Under the pieces are notes generated by a model. That model saw nothing but the letters and a program-made list of their open reading frames with translations, did not search any database and was not told where the DNA came from. DNA of 63,896 nt, counting the filler, from Reclinomonas americana ATCC 50394 (taxonomy: Eukaryota), in NCBI GenBank assembly GCA_048213135.1. It is 17 parts of 17 records of this genome, joined end to end, with 100 filler letters (N's around TTAATTAATTAA, not from the genome) between each part and the next. Parts side by side here need not be neighbours in the genome. Positions count along the whole stretch, not along the records: positions 18,920 to 23,322 come from AFZH01020796.1; positions 23,423 to 27,299 come from AFZH01020797.1; positions 27,400 to 31,148 come from AFZH01020798.1; positions 31,249 to 34,594 come from AFZH01020800.1; 13 more parts are not named here. One strand, written 5' to 3'. Below are positions 21,501-34,694 of this stretch, piece by piece. A program made the position numbers and the translations under genes. Numbering within the stretch: the first letter of the stretch is position 1; each line of letters begins with the position of its first letter.

Positions 21501-24500
21501 TTTGTTGGCAATCACGTGATCGACGCTGGCCTTGGTCGTGGACAATCGGCCTCTGGTGCCTATTGTGGTGGTGGCGCGTTGCTTGCATTCAGTCTTGCTT
21601 CTGTGGCCAAGTGCCAGTTTGTAAGCAATTTCGTCGAGTCCAACGCGCCTGCCGTCACAGCCGGTCATCTGGGAGGCGGTGGAGCAGTGCTGTTGGAGAA
21701 CACTAGCCTGTTGAGGGACTCGCATTTGCATCACAATTCTGTGAGAGGAGAGCAAGTGGCGGGCGGAGGTGTGTTAATTGGGTCGCACAGCACGTTGACA
21801 GATTCGGTTGTGGAGTGGAACTCGGCTGTGTTTGCTGGCGGTGGTGTTGCGTTTACTGGCTCTCTCAGCACCATGTCGACAACGCAAGTGACTGGGAATA
21901 GCGCTGACGATGGCTACGGGGGTGGTGTGGCGTCGAGCGAAGTGGCCTCGAGGTCGACAATGTTGACTTCTCATGTGTCGGGAAATCGTGCTTTGTACGG
22001 CGGTGGTGTGGCGCTCTTGGCCGGTGAAACTGCACTGCATATTTCGGAGACTTCTGTCGTTGACGGTAATCGTGCAACAGCAAGTGGCGGCGGTCTCTAC
22101 CTTACCTCCTCCGCATTTGTTGCAGTCACGAGCAGCTCGCGTGTGTCAAACAATCAGGCGGCTGACTTTGGTGGTGGCGTATTTGCTGACGCGCAGTCTT
22201 CCTCTCGCTGGGAGGCTGCTACGATTCGCAGTAATGTGGCGTCGTTTGGTGGCGGAGGAGCATTCGACAACGCCAGCGTCCACGCGTTCATCTCGACGAG
22301 TATCGCGGAGAATGCAGCGCGCGTTGCTGACGGCGGCGGTCTCTTGTCCAGTGGATTGGCTCAGACGAGCCTCACTGACTGTTTGGTGATGTTTAACAAC
22401 GCCGCACTCTCCGGCGGCGGCATGTACCTAGCACAACAGGCCTCGACGGTGACTACGGAGACTCGGTTCCAGAACAACCGGGCTCAAACCGATGGAGGCC
22501 ACGTGTCGGTCCAGGGCAAGGCAGCTTGGACCGATACCGGCAGTTCGCTCGTCGAGGGAGTGGCATTACTGACGGGTGGCGGTTCGTTCTTTACCGGCAG
22601 TGCAGTGGCGACGTTGCAGCGCACACGCTTCGCTGTCAACACGGCAGTGACCGGCGCTGGTGGCGCATTTTTTGCTACCAAGACGGCAAGTGTGACCGTG
22701 TCAAATGCGCTTGTGGAAGACAACGAGGCCTTGTATGGTGGGGCCGTGGCGACAGACAATACGCCAGCTGTGGTCGTGCAGGACACGGTGATTACCAACA
22801 ATCGTGCGCGAACAGCTGGTGGCGGTTTCTTTGTGGCAAATGGCTCGGGAATGAGGTGCTGGCGCTGTCGGCTGGAATCCAATGTGGCGCAGATTGGCGA
22901 CGGTGGTGGTGCGTCGGTAACCAACAGCACAGCCGTATGGTTCATGGACACGGAGTTTGTCAGCAACACGTGTGGCAGTCGCGGTGGCGGCCTGGCCATA
23001 AACATGACGGCGTCAGCGGGTGTTGATGGTACAGTGAGCGCACTTGGCACTGTGATGTCTGGCGTCTCGTTCTCCAGCAACCGTGCGACGGCCGCGAGTG
23101 GCAGGCTACGCACTCTGGGTGAGGGAGCTGGGGGTGGATTGTTCCTGAACGGTGCCGGTAACCCGCAACTCTTGCTGCAAACAGCAGTCGCGCAGGGTGG
23201 GGGTTGGTCGCGGCTGATGGTGCAGCAGAGATTGTCGTTTTCCGGGAATACGGCCACTAATACTGCGGCGGCGGATTGGGGGAGCAGTTTCGTAGAGAGG
23301 GAAGAGGGAGAGAGAGGGTGAGNNNNNNNNNNNNNNNNNNNNNNNNNNNNNNNNNNNNNNNNNNNNTTAATTAATTAANNNNNNNNNNNNNNNNNNNNNN
23401 NNNNNNNNNNNNNNNNNNNNNNGAGAGGAGAGGAGATAGAGATAGAGAGGAGATAGAGATGGAGAGGGAGAGGGAGAGAGGAAAAGGTAAAGGGGGAGGG
23501 CGAGGGAGGGGAAGAGGGAGAGATGAGAGGGAGAAAGGGAGAGAGAAAGGGAGAGGGAGAGGCTGAGGGAGAGGGAGAGGGACGGGAAGAGGAAGAGGGA
23601 GAGGTTGAGAGTGAGGGTGAGGGAGAGATAAAAATGGAGAAACGGAGAGAATCGGATGAGAGGAGTGCAGAGAATAGACGGAAAAGCAAGCTGAACGTGG
23701 AGCGGTGGTCGACATAGTGAATGGAGGTATCGATAGATGTATCGGCTTTACGAATAAAAGGGAGAAGTAGGGAGAGACGAGTAGGTAGTGTGGGAAGGCG
23801 AGTGACGTGAGAATCGTGAGTGCACGCCTTACTGTGTTGAATGTCTGTGACGAATGTCGACACTCATTCTTCACCTGGAGTACAGCCATTTACACTGCGT
23901 CGTTGAGGCTTGTTGGCGTTCAAGCGGTGGTTCCGTCACCGACTATTCCGTACACCGTCATGGCCGAGGCATTGGATGTGTTTGATCACCCAGTCGCCAC
24001 GCTTGACAGTCTGCTGCTTGGACTCCAGTGCGACGGTTGCAGTGTGCGGACTCTTTCCCTCTCTGATGCAGTCAAGTACCTCTGCCTCATGCGCGTTTTT
24101 TCACAGACTGATGTACTGACGGCCGCCACCGTAAATGGTGTTTCGACATTCAGTATCCTGGTCAACGAACGCGGCGCAAATTCAACTACCTCAGTCGATC
24201 GTCTGCGACGAGGTGTATCTTCGCTTTCCCTCTCGCTGTTCATCAATGGAGGCGCCTCGTTTGGCGGTATCGTGCCCTCCGTTGAGACGGCGATCAAGTC
24301 GTGCCCGGCGGGGCAACAATATCGCGAAGGTGTCGGTTGCGAGGACTGCCCGACCGACAAGTACGCTCTGCCGGCTCCAGCCTTCAACCAAACCTGTACC
24401 GATTGCGCAACTGGCGTCGTTTGCCGTGGTGGCTCATCGTTGACTGTCGAATCAGCACGATGGACCTTCCCCTTTTCGATAGACTGGGCGCCGCAGCGTG

Positions 24501-27500
24501 TGCTCTCTGGAGGCTGGAGTGGAACTGATGTCCTGCCACCGGCGGATGGGTCCTTGGTTACATATATATGCCCGTATGACTATTGCATTCGCGCTGCGGT
24601 GCCAATCAACGTGACCGAAGTAACGGATTACTGCAACAAGCACACCAACCGCGACACGCGATCTCCGTTGTGTGGCGCGTGCAAGGTGAGGGAAGGGATA
24701 TACAGACGAGCGACAAAAAGAGAGTGAGACGGAGAGAGAAAAGATCGCGATTTGTCTTTTCAAAAAGTTGTTCTCGTACTCAAATGCATGACCGCAGGAA
24801 GGGTACTCTCATTGGCAAGGAGATTGCATTCCATGCGAAAGGACAACGGGCGCTGCGCGCTTTGTGACGCTGCTTAAAATGACCGCCTATGTGCTGCTGG
24901 TGCACATTTTCTTCCAGACTCCCGTCGGTGGTGGTGGTGGCGGCGGCGGCGGTGTGTAAAATTTGTTTCCGTGTACATGCATTGCGTGAAAATGATTTGT
25001 GCTCACGACTGATTTGCGCAGCCTCTGCTGAAGTCATCTTTTTCACCTTGCAGACCACCACATTGTTGTTTTATCCGAATGTGGAACTCTTGTCTCTGGG
25101 CCAACTGATGGCACTCTTGCCACCACGCTCTGGCCCCAGTTGTCCGTTTTTCCTTGACGCTTTGGGTGACCTGGTGGCGCGAGTGGTGTCTCCTCTCGTC
25201 TCTCTGGCGATTGCTTGGACTCTATGTGGACTGCACCATCTTTGCATTCCATTGTTGCAGCGATGCTGCCTGCCGAAAAGTCGATTCCAGCGCGCGGCCG
25301 ACCGTCGAGTGCGATTCGTTGCTGCATTCGTGCAAGCTGCATCACCGTATCGTTATGTAATGACAACAGTCCTGCTGCTGCTGTCGGCGTACGCTGGACT
25401 GGCCGAGACGGTCATCACCTTTTTCTTCTCATGCACCGCTGTGGGTCAGTCGCGCGTCATGCTGTTCGCGCCCAGTATTGTGTGCTTTACGGGAGCGTTG
25501 CGTGTACGCACTTCTTTCCTCTGTGTCGCTTGCGCACACTGGTGCCCTGACAGAGTCGATTGTTGCGCTCCAGGTGGTCGAGAATGGTGCCGCTGTTTGC
25601 AACGGTATTTCTGTTCGTGGCCGCTGCACCCATTGTCATTGTGTGGTGGACCGTGCGGTTGCGTCGCCAGCGACGACTGGATGATGATCGGGTTCGGCGC
25701 AGCCTCGGCTCGCTGTACCACCAGTACCGCCCTGCAGTTGTTTGGTATCATGGTTCGTTAGCTTCGATTTCCTCATCCATGTGATCTGGCGCGGCCCTTG
25801 ATTGACAGTTTTTGCTTGTTTGTGCGTGTGTATGTGCGTGTGACGCGGATGGATGTATGGTATCGGAACGGGTCTGCATATGCTTGTGTTCAATAATATT
25901 TGCGCGGGTCTGTGTGTATGTTTTTTTGGTCTTTGATCGTTCCTTGTGTGTGTGGATTCATTTTTTACCGTGTGGGTGTATGTGTCGTTTGAATGTGCGT
26001 TGTCGTGCGTGTGGGTTTGTACATAATGTCGACTGTGCGTGTGCATTCTTGTTTGTTTTGTGCGCGTGCATTTTTTCAATGATGCATGCTCATTAGCATA
26101 CCAGCTCTCACGGCGCATTATCGTGGTCAGCACCCTCTTTCCACTGGCCGCATACGCCCTCACAGATGCTCTGCCGCTTGCTTTGTGGCTTGTGTGCGTT
26201 TTCTTTCTTGCTGTACACCTGTGGGTACGCCCTTATCTCCACCAACTAAACAACGTGTTGGAGGTGAGCGGTTTGCAATCGTGTGATCGTGCACAGACTC
26301 GCTGCTGATGACACGCTGCATGCACATGCACATCGACAGGCCATTGGTCTTGGTAGTCTGGTGGTTGTTTCAACCATATTTGCATCTCGAGCCACGGACA
26401 AGTTCAAGACTATCACCTGTCTCATCATCATGGCTGTGGTCGGTGCCGTACTAGTCGCGCCGCTGGTGTGGACTGCTGTGACCAGGCAGCTGGATGCCGT
26501 TCGTCAGTACCGATCAAGTAGGCGGCTGTCGGCGTTACCAAGAGCAGAAGGTGGGCGGGCAGTAGTTGGAAAGGGATATGGAAGGGAGACCGCAGCGAGA
26601 AAGCAGGAGATGAGAGCCAGAAAGAGGAAAGGAGATTGTGAAATGCAGAAAATGACGAGAGGACAAAAGATATATCTGCTCAATGAGAGTGAAGAGGAAA
26701 GGAGAGAGAGAGAGAGAGAGGAACGAGATGACAGAGAGGAGAAACGAGGAAACAAGTGAATCACAGAGTGTCACGCATTGAGTCTGTGCGTGAGCGAAAG
26801 AGAAGGAGAGAAAGTAGTGGTACAGTTGTGAGCAAGGAAGGAGGATGTTCTCGAGAGGGAGAGAGGCTCAGAGAGAAAGTGAATGGACGGATTCATAAGA
26901 GAAAGGGAGTGCGGGATCAGACAGATATACAGAGCTGAGTGAACGAGAGACTCAACTGCAGAGATTGAGTCTGAGTGTGTGAGGCCGAGAGGACGAGCGA
27001 ATGAGATGAAGACGACATATAGGGAAGGAAGTCGGCGGAGTGCGAGCGAGAGAAGGTCAAAAACTCAGCGCCAAAGATTGAGTTCATGCGAAAAGCCAAC
27101 AGTGGAGGCAGCGATTTAGTCCATGAGCAAGCCAAGGAACAGAGAAAAGGGGATGGCCAACTGAGAAGAAGGAGAGTGGATGAGACACGCAGCGGCTGCA
27201 ACTGAGTTTGCAGGAGAGAACGAAACAATGGTGGGAAATATGAGGAAGAGATTGGAAACAGCGTGTTGGCGAGACTGTGCGAGAGATCGAGTGTGTGTGN
27301 NNNNNNNNNNNNNNNNNNNNNNNNNNNNNNNNNNNNNNNNNNNTTAATTAATTAANNNNNNNNNNNNNNNNNNNNNNNNNNNNNNNNNNNNNNNNNNNNA
27401 GAGAGAGAGAGAGTAGGAAACAAGAAACTGAGAGAAGGTGTTTAACCTGTGTGTTGGCGATGGCGATAGTAGTATGTCAAAAACTACTGACTCCTTTGTT

Positions 27501-29401
27501 CATCATCCTGCTGACTTTGCACGATTGCAGACTTTGGAGACGATGTGGAACTCAGACCAATGCGCGCTGTCCTTGAGAATCGCGAGGACAAGGAACCCAA
27601 TCAGTTGCCTTGGTTACCTTCGTCACCATCGGGTGCGTGCTTGTGGCTTATCTTGCTTGCCGAAGCGGTTGATCGTGTTTTGCTGACGTGCAAGCGGATA
27701 GTGACACAAGCTCTGATACGCCAGTCGGAGGACGCCGATGCAAGACGTGACTCTATCTCCTCTTCGAACTCGGAATGTGTCAGTACCGAGGACGTGCTGC
27801 TTGAAGGGCATGGAATGCCACTCCCCGTACTGCTACCGCCGCGCTTGCCCTCGCTGTCGCAGCTGGCACTGTCCCGGGAGCTCCGGTTGCCGAATCTGTC
27901 AGCGGAGCCGATTAGCGCGCAAGTGCGACGATTGGCCAGTCAGCGACAGCTGCCGGTGCTGCCGACGTTGCCCGTGAGTTCACGAGCACGACCATCGCGC
28001 AGTCAAACTGTAGTCGAGCGCGCCGCCGCGTCACATCTGGGCGACGTTGTTCCTCGCCAGTTTGGCGAATCCCTGTTGGCAGGGATGTTGCCACCGCTTC
28101 CGCAGCCGCCGGCTGCCACGTTGGCTTCATCGCCGCCGCCGCGCACGCAGTCTATGTTTGAGTCGCATGTGTCTGTCGCGGCGCGTAATGCGATGGCGGG
28201 AAGGCAGTCGGTAAGTGGGCGAGAAGGGGATGATAGGAGGGGAAGGAGATCGAGAGGAAGGGGAGGGAAAGGGGAGGATAAAGGGAGGATAAAGGGAAGG
28301 GAGGAGATATGAGGATGTGGGAGGCAAGGGATATGGGAAGGGAAGGAAAGAGACAATTTGTAAGGAAGGGAAGGGATAATGAAGGGAAGGAAGGGAAGGG
28401 GAATGGGAAGGGGAAGGGATCGGGAAAAGGGAAAAGGAGTGAAAATTGAAGAGATATGTAGAGAAGGGCGGAACAGAAAAGTGAGAGGGTGGGTGGACTG
28501 AAAGGAGAGTGTGTGCGTGAGAGACAGAGGGTACCGCGAAGAGCCTGTCATCGTCGTGCAGTTTTGCCAGACTTCTTGTCTTATATACACACACAACGTC
28601 ATGGAGAAAAGGCGAGAGTGTGGGCGCGAGAAATGTAAGGATCAGAGAGAGAGAGAGAGAGAGTGCTAACTGTGTAGTTGCAGTCAACTACCCAGTCAAG
28701 AGTCTAGATGTAGGCGATTGTGGATGTGAGGAATCAAGAGAATCGATATGAAAGGAGTTGTATTCGGCTACAGAGAGCAAGAGGGTGCTCGTCGTGCAAC
28801 TGTTGTCAAGAGCAGGAGAATCGATATGAAAGGAGTTGTATTCGGTTACAGAGAGCAAGAGGGTGCTCGTCGTGCAACTGTTGTCAAGGAGAGGAAAACA
28901 GGAGAATCGATATGAAAGGAGTGATATTCGGTTACAGAGAGCAAGAGGGTGCTCGTCGTGCAACTGTTGTCAAGGAGAGGAAAACAGGAGAATCGATATG
29001 AAAGGAGTGATATTCGGTTACAGAGAGCAAGAGGGTGCTCGTCGTGCAACTGTTGTCAAGAACAGGAGAATCGATATGAAAGGAGTTGTATTCGGTTACA
29101 GAGAGCAAGAGGGTGCTCGTCGTGCAACTGTTGTCAGGGAGGAACTGCTACAGTTTGCGATATAAGTATTAAGAGAGGCAGTTGGTGCGTGTACGTGTGT
29201 GTATATGAGTGCGTGCGGTGGCATTGTGATGTGTTGCAGCTCGCGCACCGTGCCTCTGGCCTCTGGAAGCATATTGACTCACTGTGTATATTGTTTGTGT
29301 CGCAGCTTCGCAGACCGCCTGTGGTGGCGGACCGAGCGCCAACAAGCGTGCCGAGGAGGGTTTCCGCTGTAGCGGTGAGCAGTGCTTGGCGAACAGCATG
29401 A
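15430..29401 (+). CDS. Giant surface receptor: signal peptide, GGA/FxxN (PMP-like) repeats, Cys-rich region, multi-pass TM domain (TRP/PF06011-like C-terminus) and low-complexity tail; paralog B
   Basis: Hydrophobic N-terminus (WWRRLLHALSWCVLVLFFVIHA). Repeat exons 15643-23290. Cys-rich 24300-24690 (CPAG...CEDCP...CTDC...CRGG...CPYDYC...PLCGAC). TM exons 24780-26530 include LGSLYHQYR...WY, LSRRIIVV and VRPYLHQLNNVLE. Joining the Pro/Ser-rich tail exons (27530-29401) to this gene is inference. Confidence 0.85.
28738..29136. repeat. Intronic minisatellite, 5 copies, periods 78/86/86/78 bp
   Basis: AATCGATATGAAAGGAGT..TATTCGG.TACAGAGAGCAAGAGGGTGCTCGTCGTGCAACTGTTGTCA begins at 28741, 28819, 28905, 28991 and 29069. 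Confidence 0.95.
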
Positions 29402-29510
29402 TAGGAGAGATGAAGAACTCACAAGACTCCTTGCAGTTACGAAATATGCGAGAGCAGTCACCTTCATCACCGCACGCTGCAGATGCGGCAGAGGGCAGTC
29501 ATGGAGAGAA

Positions 29511-29945
29511 ATGAAGCTTTGCGCACTGCGACAATCTCACCACCATCGGGATGGGACAGAGCAGTGGGGATTCGTGCATCTGTCGTTGCTGGAGCACTGT
29601 GTGGCACGGCATGTGTTTGCGTGGGAAACGTGGGATGAGGAGAGGAGATTGACGATGTAAGATGTACAGCAGCATGTGTTGGGAGTGCGTCTCTGCTGAA
29701 CGACAGACCATCATTGGTGGAGCAGGTGGCCGAGGTGGTGAGACGGTCTCCTGCATTGCAAGCGAGACTGTGGGAAGTGATTGAGATGTCACGGGAGGTG
29801 GATGAGGAGCGAGTGGTGACGGCCGCCGCGAATGCAGCGACAGTGTTGTGTGTGGCACAAGTGTCATTCAGTGGGCGCGATGTGTCGATGTAGGGGTGCG
29901 GATTTGAGTTGTGATTTCGCGGCGCAGATGTCGTTTGACTCGCTG
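29511..29945 (+). pseudogene. Decayed fragment of the post-NACHT helical domain plus pentapeptide repeats (NACHT-pentapeptide-WD40 type)
   Basis: It reads WGFVHLSLLEHCVARHVF ... LLNDRPSLVEQVAEVV...RLWEVIEMSR...VTAAANAATVLCVAQVSFSGRDVS, then GADLS and FRGADV remnants. Stops and frameshifts interrupt it. Confidence 0.7.
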
Positions 29946-30249
29946 TGCTTGCGACACGTGCGCCACCAATGCCATTGTTCTTTGCGTAAGATGAAACTGT
30001 GAGAAGTGTGTTATAAACCTTTGTCGTTGATGTATGATCTCGAAGCATGGAATGGAAGTGGCAGTTAATGTCTGCAAGATTCAGCGACTGCGCCACATGG
30101 ACACGCAATCTGTTTACTCTTTCATTTCATGCATCCTCGACGAATGAGAGACACAGAAGACTCATAACGCACAACACAACGAGTGGCAGACGCAAAATCA
30201 CACATGCAAAACATTCACAAACGGGAAGCCGGGCTGCGACAGTTCCAAG

Positions 30250-30985
30250 ACGTCAACGCTCATCTGAATGGCGGGCGTGCGAATGGCAATGCAGGAGGTC
30301 ACCCCAGGATCTTGTCAAGTACACCGGCCACATCCGCCAGATGACCGAGCATGCCACAAGCGTGGTCATGCTCACACTGCAACCGGCGTTGCATGACGGG
30401 AAAGGGACAGAGAGAGAGAGAGAGAGAGAGGAGGAGAGAGAGAGAGAGAAGAGCGAGCGAGGAAAAGAGAGAGAGAGTAAGATAATGAAAGAGAGACAAG
30501 AAGGAGATGTGCTCTAACGTGGTGAATTTCACCATGAAGACATGGGGTGAAAATAGTAAACAGACTCACTCACACTGACATCTCCAGTAAAGCAGACCAT
30601 CCCAACAATCCTTCCGCCTGATCACTCACATGGCGTGGTATGAATGATCGAGACAAGCGACCAATTCAAGCTCATGCCACACACATGCACACTCTCTCTC
30701 TTCTCATGTATCTCTGTACTCTTTCCCCTCTGCGTAACGACCAGGAGCAAACAGAGCAACATGAAAGAGACAACTCGATGTTGAGATGAGGGGAGAGTGA
30801 CAGAGACACGTGTCCATCACCGATATTGGGCGAATAGAAATAAGGGACATCCTGCAAGTGAGGGAGACAGAGAGGGAGAGACAGACCAACAAAGCAGCAG
30901 GCAAAGTACACCAGTTGGCGATAGACAGAGACCGACGATGTACACTCTCTCTTGATGCCAAACATGAAAACACTGCCCGTCGCTG
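30250..30985 (-). CDS. Possible small spliced gene fragment of unknown function
   Basis: Short AG/GT-bounded segments (GSVFMFGIKRE, DVPYFYSPNIGDGH, AEGLLGWSALLEMS) lie between pyrimidine-rich introns. No recognisable motif. Confidence 0.25.
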
Positions 30986-31505
30986 GCAACGAGAGAAAGA
31001 ACAAACAACATCAACGATCAATGCATGCGAGACTGATGGAGAGAGAGCGAACGAGATGGATGGTGCGTCTTGTGCTCCATGCATCAACAGCCAAGCCTTG
31101 GAGACAAAGAAATTAGCAGGAGAGTCGGGAGAATAGAGAGAGAGAAGTNNNNNNNNNNNNNNNNNNNNNNNNNNNNNNNNNNNNNNNNNNNNTTAATTAA
31201 TTAANNNNNNNNNNNNNNNNNNNNNNNNNNNNNNNNNNNNNNNNNNNNCGCCTCCCGCGTCCCTCTCTCCCTCGCTCGCGCACTCTCTTCCTCACTCATT
31301 CATGACAAGTGATACAGCAAGGCGACCATCAAACACGTGCGTGCTGAAGAAAGCAAGATACGTCAGGTGTCCCCCATGACAATGACGATCTCCCACGCAC
31401 AACGCAAAACGCCACGAGAACACGCCGACTGTGTTTGAGACGTGTGTGCACCAAGGTGTATTGTGCTGAAGAGCGAGAAAAGGAACAAAGAACTGCGACG
31501 AGAAG

Positions 31506-33742
31506 ATGTCGGTGAGTTGTATTGATTGCGTACGCGTGGGGGACGCTTGTCGTTCGCTTGCTTCTCTCTCCTCGTCGCTTGTCGCTCACTGCCTTTGTGT
31601 GTGTGCGACAGTTCTCTGTGAACGAGAGTGCGGCGCATGAATCATCGCTGGCGGTGGTGGTGGAGGGCATGTCGGCCAAAGCCACTCTCGCGGACCTGCT
31701 GCGCGAGGCCACACGCTTGATGCGTGAGAAGAGTGGAGATGGGGAGATGAATACTGTAGGGGTGGAGAGGCCGTGGCCCTTTGACGTCAATCTTGCTGCT
31801 GGCTGGCGTGCCGCTTGCTGCACTCGGCATCAACTCATCCACTCATCTCGTCCTCCGTCTGACACCTGGCGTGGCGCTGCAGTCTAGTGGCGAGGGGGAG
31901 CGGGAATGAGGGCGGAAGGTGTGTGCTTGGGATGTGTTGGATCACCTCTTCGCGCCAAACTTATTGCTCACTCTCGTGTCTTCGCGCAGCAACTCGGAGC
32001 GAGTGACTCGGTTTGTTTGCTTGCCTTCGTCATCCTTCCTCTCTCTCTTCCTTGTTCTTCCACTCGGACTGAGTCTGTGCTGATTGTGTTTGTGTGTACG
32101 CGCAGCATGATCAACTCGCAGCGCATCAACATGGCCTTTGAGGTGGTGGAGGAGGCCGTGCGTTGCGCTGTCAACGCGCACTGGCCCAGTTCAGTCGTGA
32201 TCATTCCGACTTTGATGTGCGGGCGTGGGCGTGGATGCAGTGACCGTGAAGGCGTGGCGTGAGCGACATGCTCCACTCCACCCCTCTCGAGTCAAGTTGT
32301 TTGAGGAGAAGCAACCGGTGATGTTGGCCTGGCGTGCTGCATTCGACGCCGACCCGTCGTCCGACCCTCTCTGTGACGGATTCGATACGACAGCACTCCA
32401 CTCAATCATGATATATGGTTGCTTTGTTGAGGATGACGGTCGCAAGCTGCTGCTGATTGACGATGCAGATGAACGGAAGGCGGTGGAGAAGCGTTGGCTC
32501 ACAAGGATCTCGTGGTGACGGACTTCAGTGTGCGGCAATACCTTGGTGATGGTGGTGTCTTCCTCTCCATCCTCTCTCGACTGCAGTTGACGGCTGACGA
32601 GCGTACTCGATTCTTTGCTCGTGTCTGCGAGGCACGTCACGCCCGTCACATCGTGGACACATTTGAGGAGCGATTGCACCGACTGGCGGTGCGTGAGCTC
32701 TCCTTCTACCAGCACGGCGAGGGTGTGCGCAAGGACACGCAGATGTATGTGCCACTGTTGTGCTCACGTGAGCGTGACGTCGCGTCGAGTGACAAGATGA
32801 CGGATCTGTTGTCGGAGGTTGATGCATTCCTCTCCGACACCAACACCACACAGCGTGTGCTGGTGCTATTTGGCAACAGTGGTGCTGGCAAGACTACCAC
32901 CATGTCGGTACTCGCCGAGCGAGCATGGCGACAGTGGCAGACGGGTGAGAAGAGACGAGTGCCTGTGCGTGTGCCTCTTGGCGCACTGCGGAATGCCGAC
33001 GAGCGATTGTTGGATGAGGCACTTGAGCGACTGTCTCCCGAGCTGGGATTCAGCGAGTCGGATGTGCGACGGTTGAAGGAGGAACCACTGTTGTTGTTGC
33101 TTGACGGGTACGATGAGTTGTACCGTGGTGTGAATCTGTTTGTCAAGAACCAGCTGGATGTGTGTCGTGATGTGAAGGTGATTATCGCCTGTCGGGAGGA
33201 TTACGCTCTGACTGTACTGGGTGGTGCGACGCAGTGTCGACGGTACTTGGCACCGGTGGATGCACGAGGACAGCTGTGCATGCAGCAGTTGATGGAGCGA
33301 CACATTGCACCGTTCAACAAGGAGCAAATTGAGGAGTACTTCGTGCGACTGGTGCGAGCAGGTGGTGATGATGAGGGTGAAGTGCGACGGTCGACTGAAG
33401 AAGAGTACATTGGCGCACTGAAGAGTGTGCATGGACTAGATGCGCTGGTGTCGAATCCATTCCTGTTGGCAGTGGTGGGTGGATCATGTTGTGTGGTTTG
33501 TGAAGCGTCATTCGTGATGCAGGTGTTTTTGTATGTTTCTTGCTGATGACATTGTTGTTTGTATGTGTGTGTGTCTTTTGTTTGTGTTCAGTTATTTGTA
33601 TGGCGGTGTGGGCACGCCTGTGCAAGTCGGCAGCACTTCGTTGCTTGCGGCCGCAGCGCAGTCATTTGGCGGAGCGGCGTCGGCTCGCGAGGTCGTCGTG
33701 GCGACGACTGCGGAGAGCTCTGTGCCTGTTGGATCATTCCAT
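31506..33742 (+). CDS. NACHT-family STAND NTPase (NLR-like), partial, with an apparent frameshift near 32490
   Basis: Walker A VLVLFGNSGAGKTT, then VPVRVPL, Walker B LLLLLDGYDE, NLF, KVIIACR, IAPFNKEQIEEY and LVSNPFLL. An ATG TCG|gtgagt micro-exon lies at 31506. The C-terminus is not seen before the gap. Confidence 0.85.
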
Positions 33743-34506
33743 GTGTGCGAGAGTGGGGAGGGGAAGGGAAGGGGAGAGGGGAGGAGAAGGGATTGGAGGA
33801 GAAGGGATTGGAGGGGAAGGGAAGGGAGGAAAGGAGAAGGGAAATGGGTGAAGGGAAGAGAGGAGACGGGAAGAAAGGAGAGGAGAAGGGAGAGGAAGGG
33901 AGGAGACGGGAGGAGACGGGAGGAGAAGAGAGAAGAAGAAGGGAAGAAAGGAAAAGAAAAGGAGGAGAAGAGAAGAGAGGAAATGAGGAAAATGTGTAAG
34001 AGGGGGATGAGAGGAATGCTGAGAGGAGATAAAGGAATGTAAGAGAAAGGAGAGGGGAAGAACGGAGAGAAGAGAGGAGGTGAGAGCTCGAGGTGAGATG
34101 GAGTGAATAGAAACTGGGACCAATGAGAATGTGCGGTTGTTTCCGTGTGCGAGAGCTTGTCCAGTGTGACTGTGTGTGTGTGTGTGTGTGTGTTTGTGTG
34201 TATATATATATATGTGAGTTAGTGAGCGAGGGCGAGAGAGTGAGACCAGCTCAGCCGGCAGGGATGAAAAGGAGGTGAAGGGAGGAGGAATGGGGAAGCA
34301 ACGGTGATCAGAATGAGTGAGTATTAAGATACGTAATGTTATCAGCGAGACACTGAGAATGAAAGCATGTATGTTGAGCGAGATACATGAGATTACATTA
34401 GAATGGAGCCCCATATTGCAGAGGATAGGTCAAGGGTCAAGGGTCAAGGGAGGGGAAGGGGGATAGAGGGAAAGAGAAGGGGAAGGGAGGGGAAAGAGAG
34501 AGAGAA

Positions 34507-34592
<86 letters not shown>

Positions 34593-34694
34593 GANNNNNN
34601 NNNNNNNNNNNNNNNNNNNNNNNNNNNNNNNNNNNNNNTTAATTAATTAANNNNNNNNNNNNNNNNNNNNNNNNNNNNNNNNNNNNNNNNNNNN

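Noticed and set aside
22484..23257. Antisense ORFs over the receptor and transposase exons
   Set aside because: They are shadow ORFs of GC-rich coding sequence.
28738..29136. CRISPR-like regular array
   Set aside because: The units are contiguous near-identical repeats with no unique spacers. There are no cas genes and the context is a eukaryotic intron.
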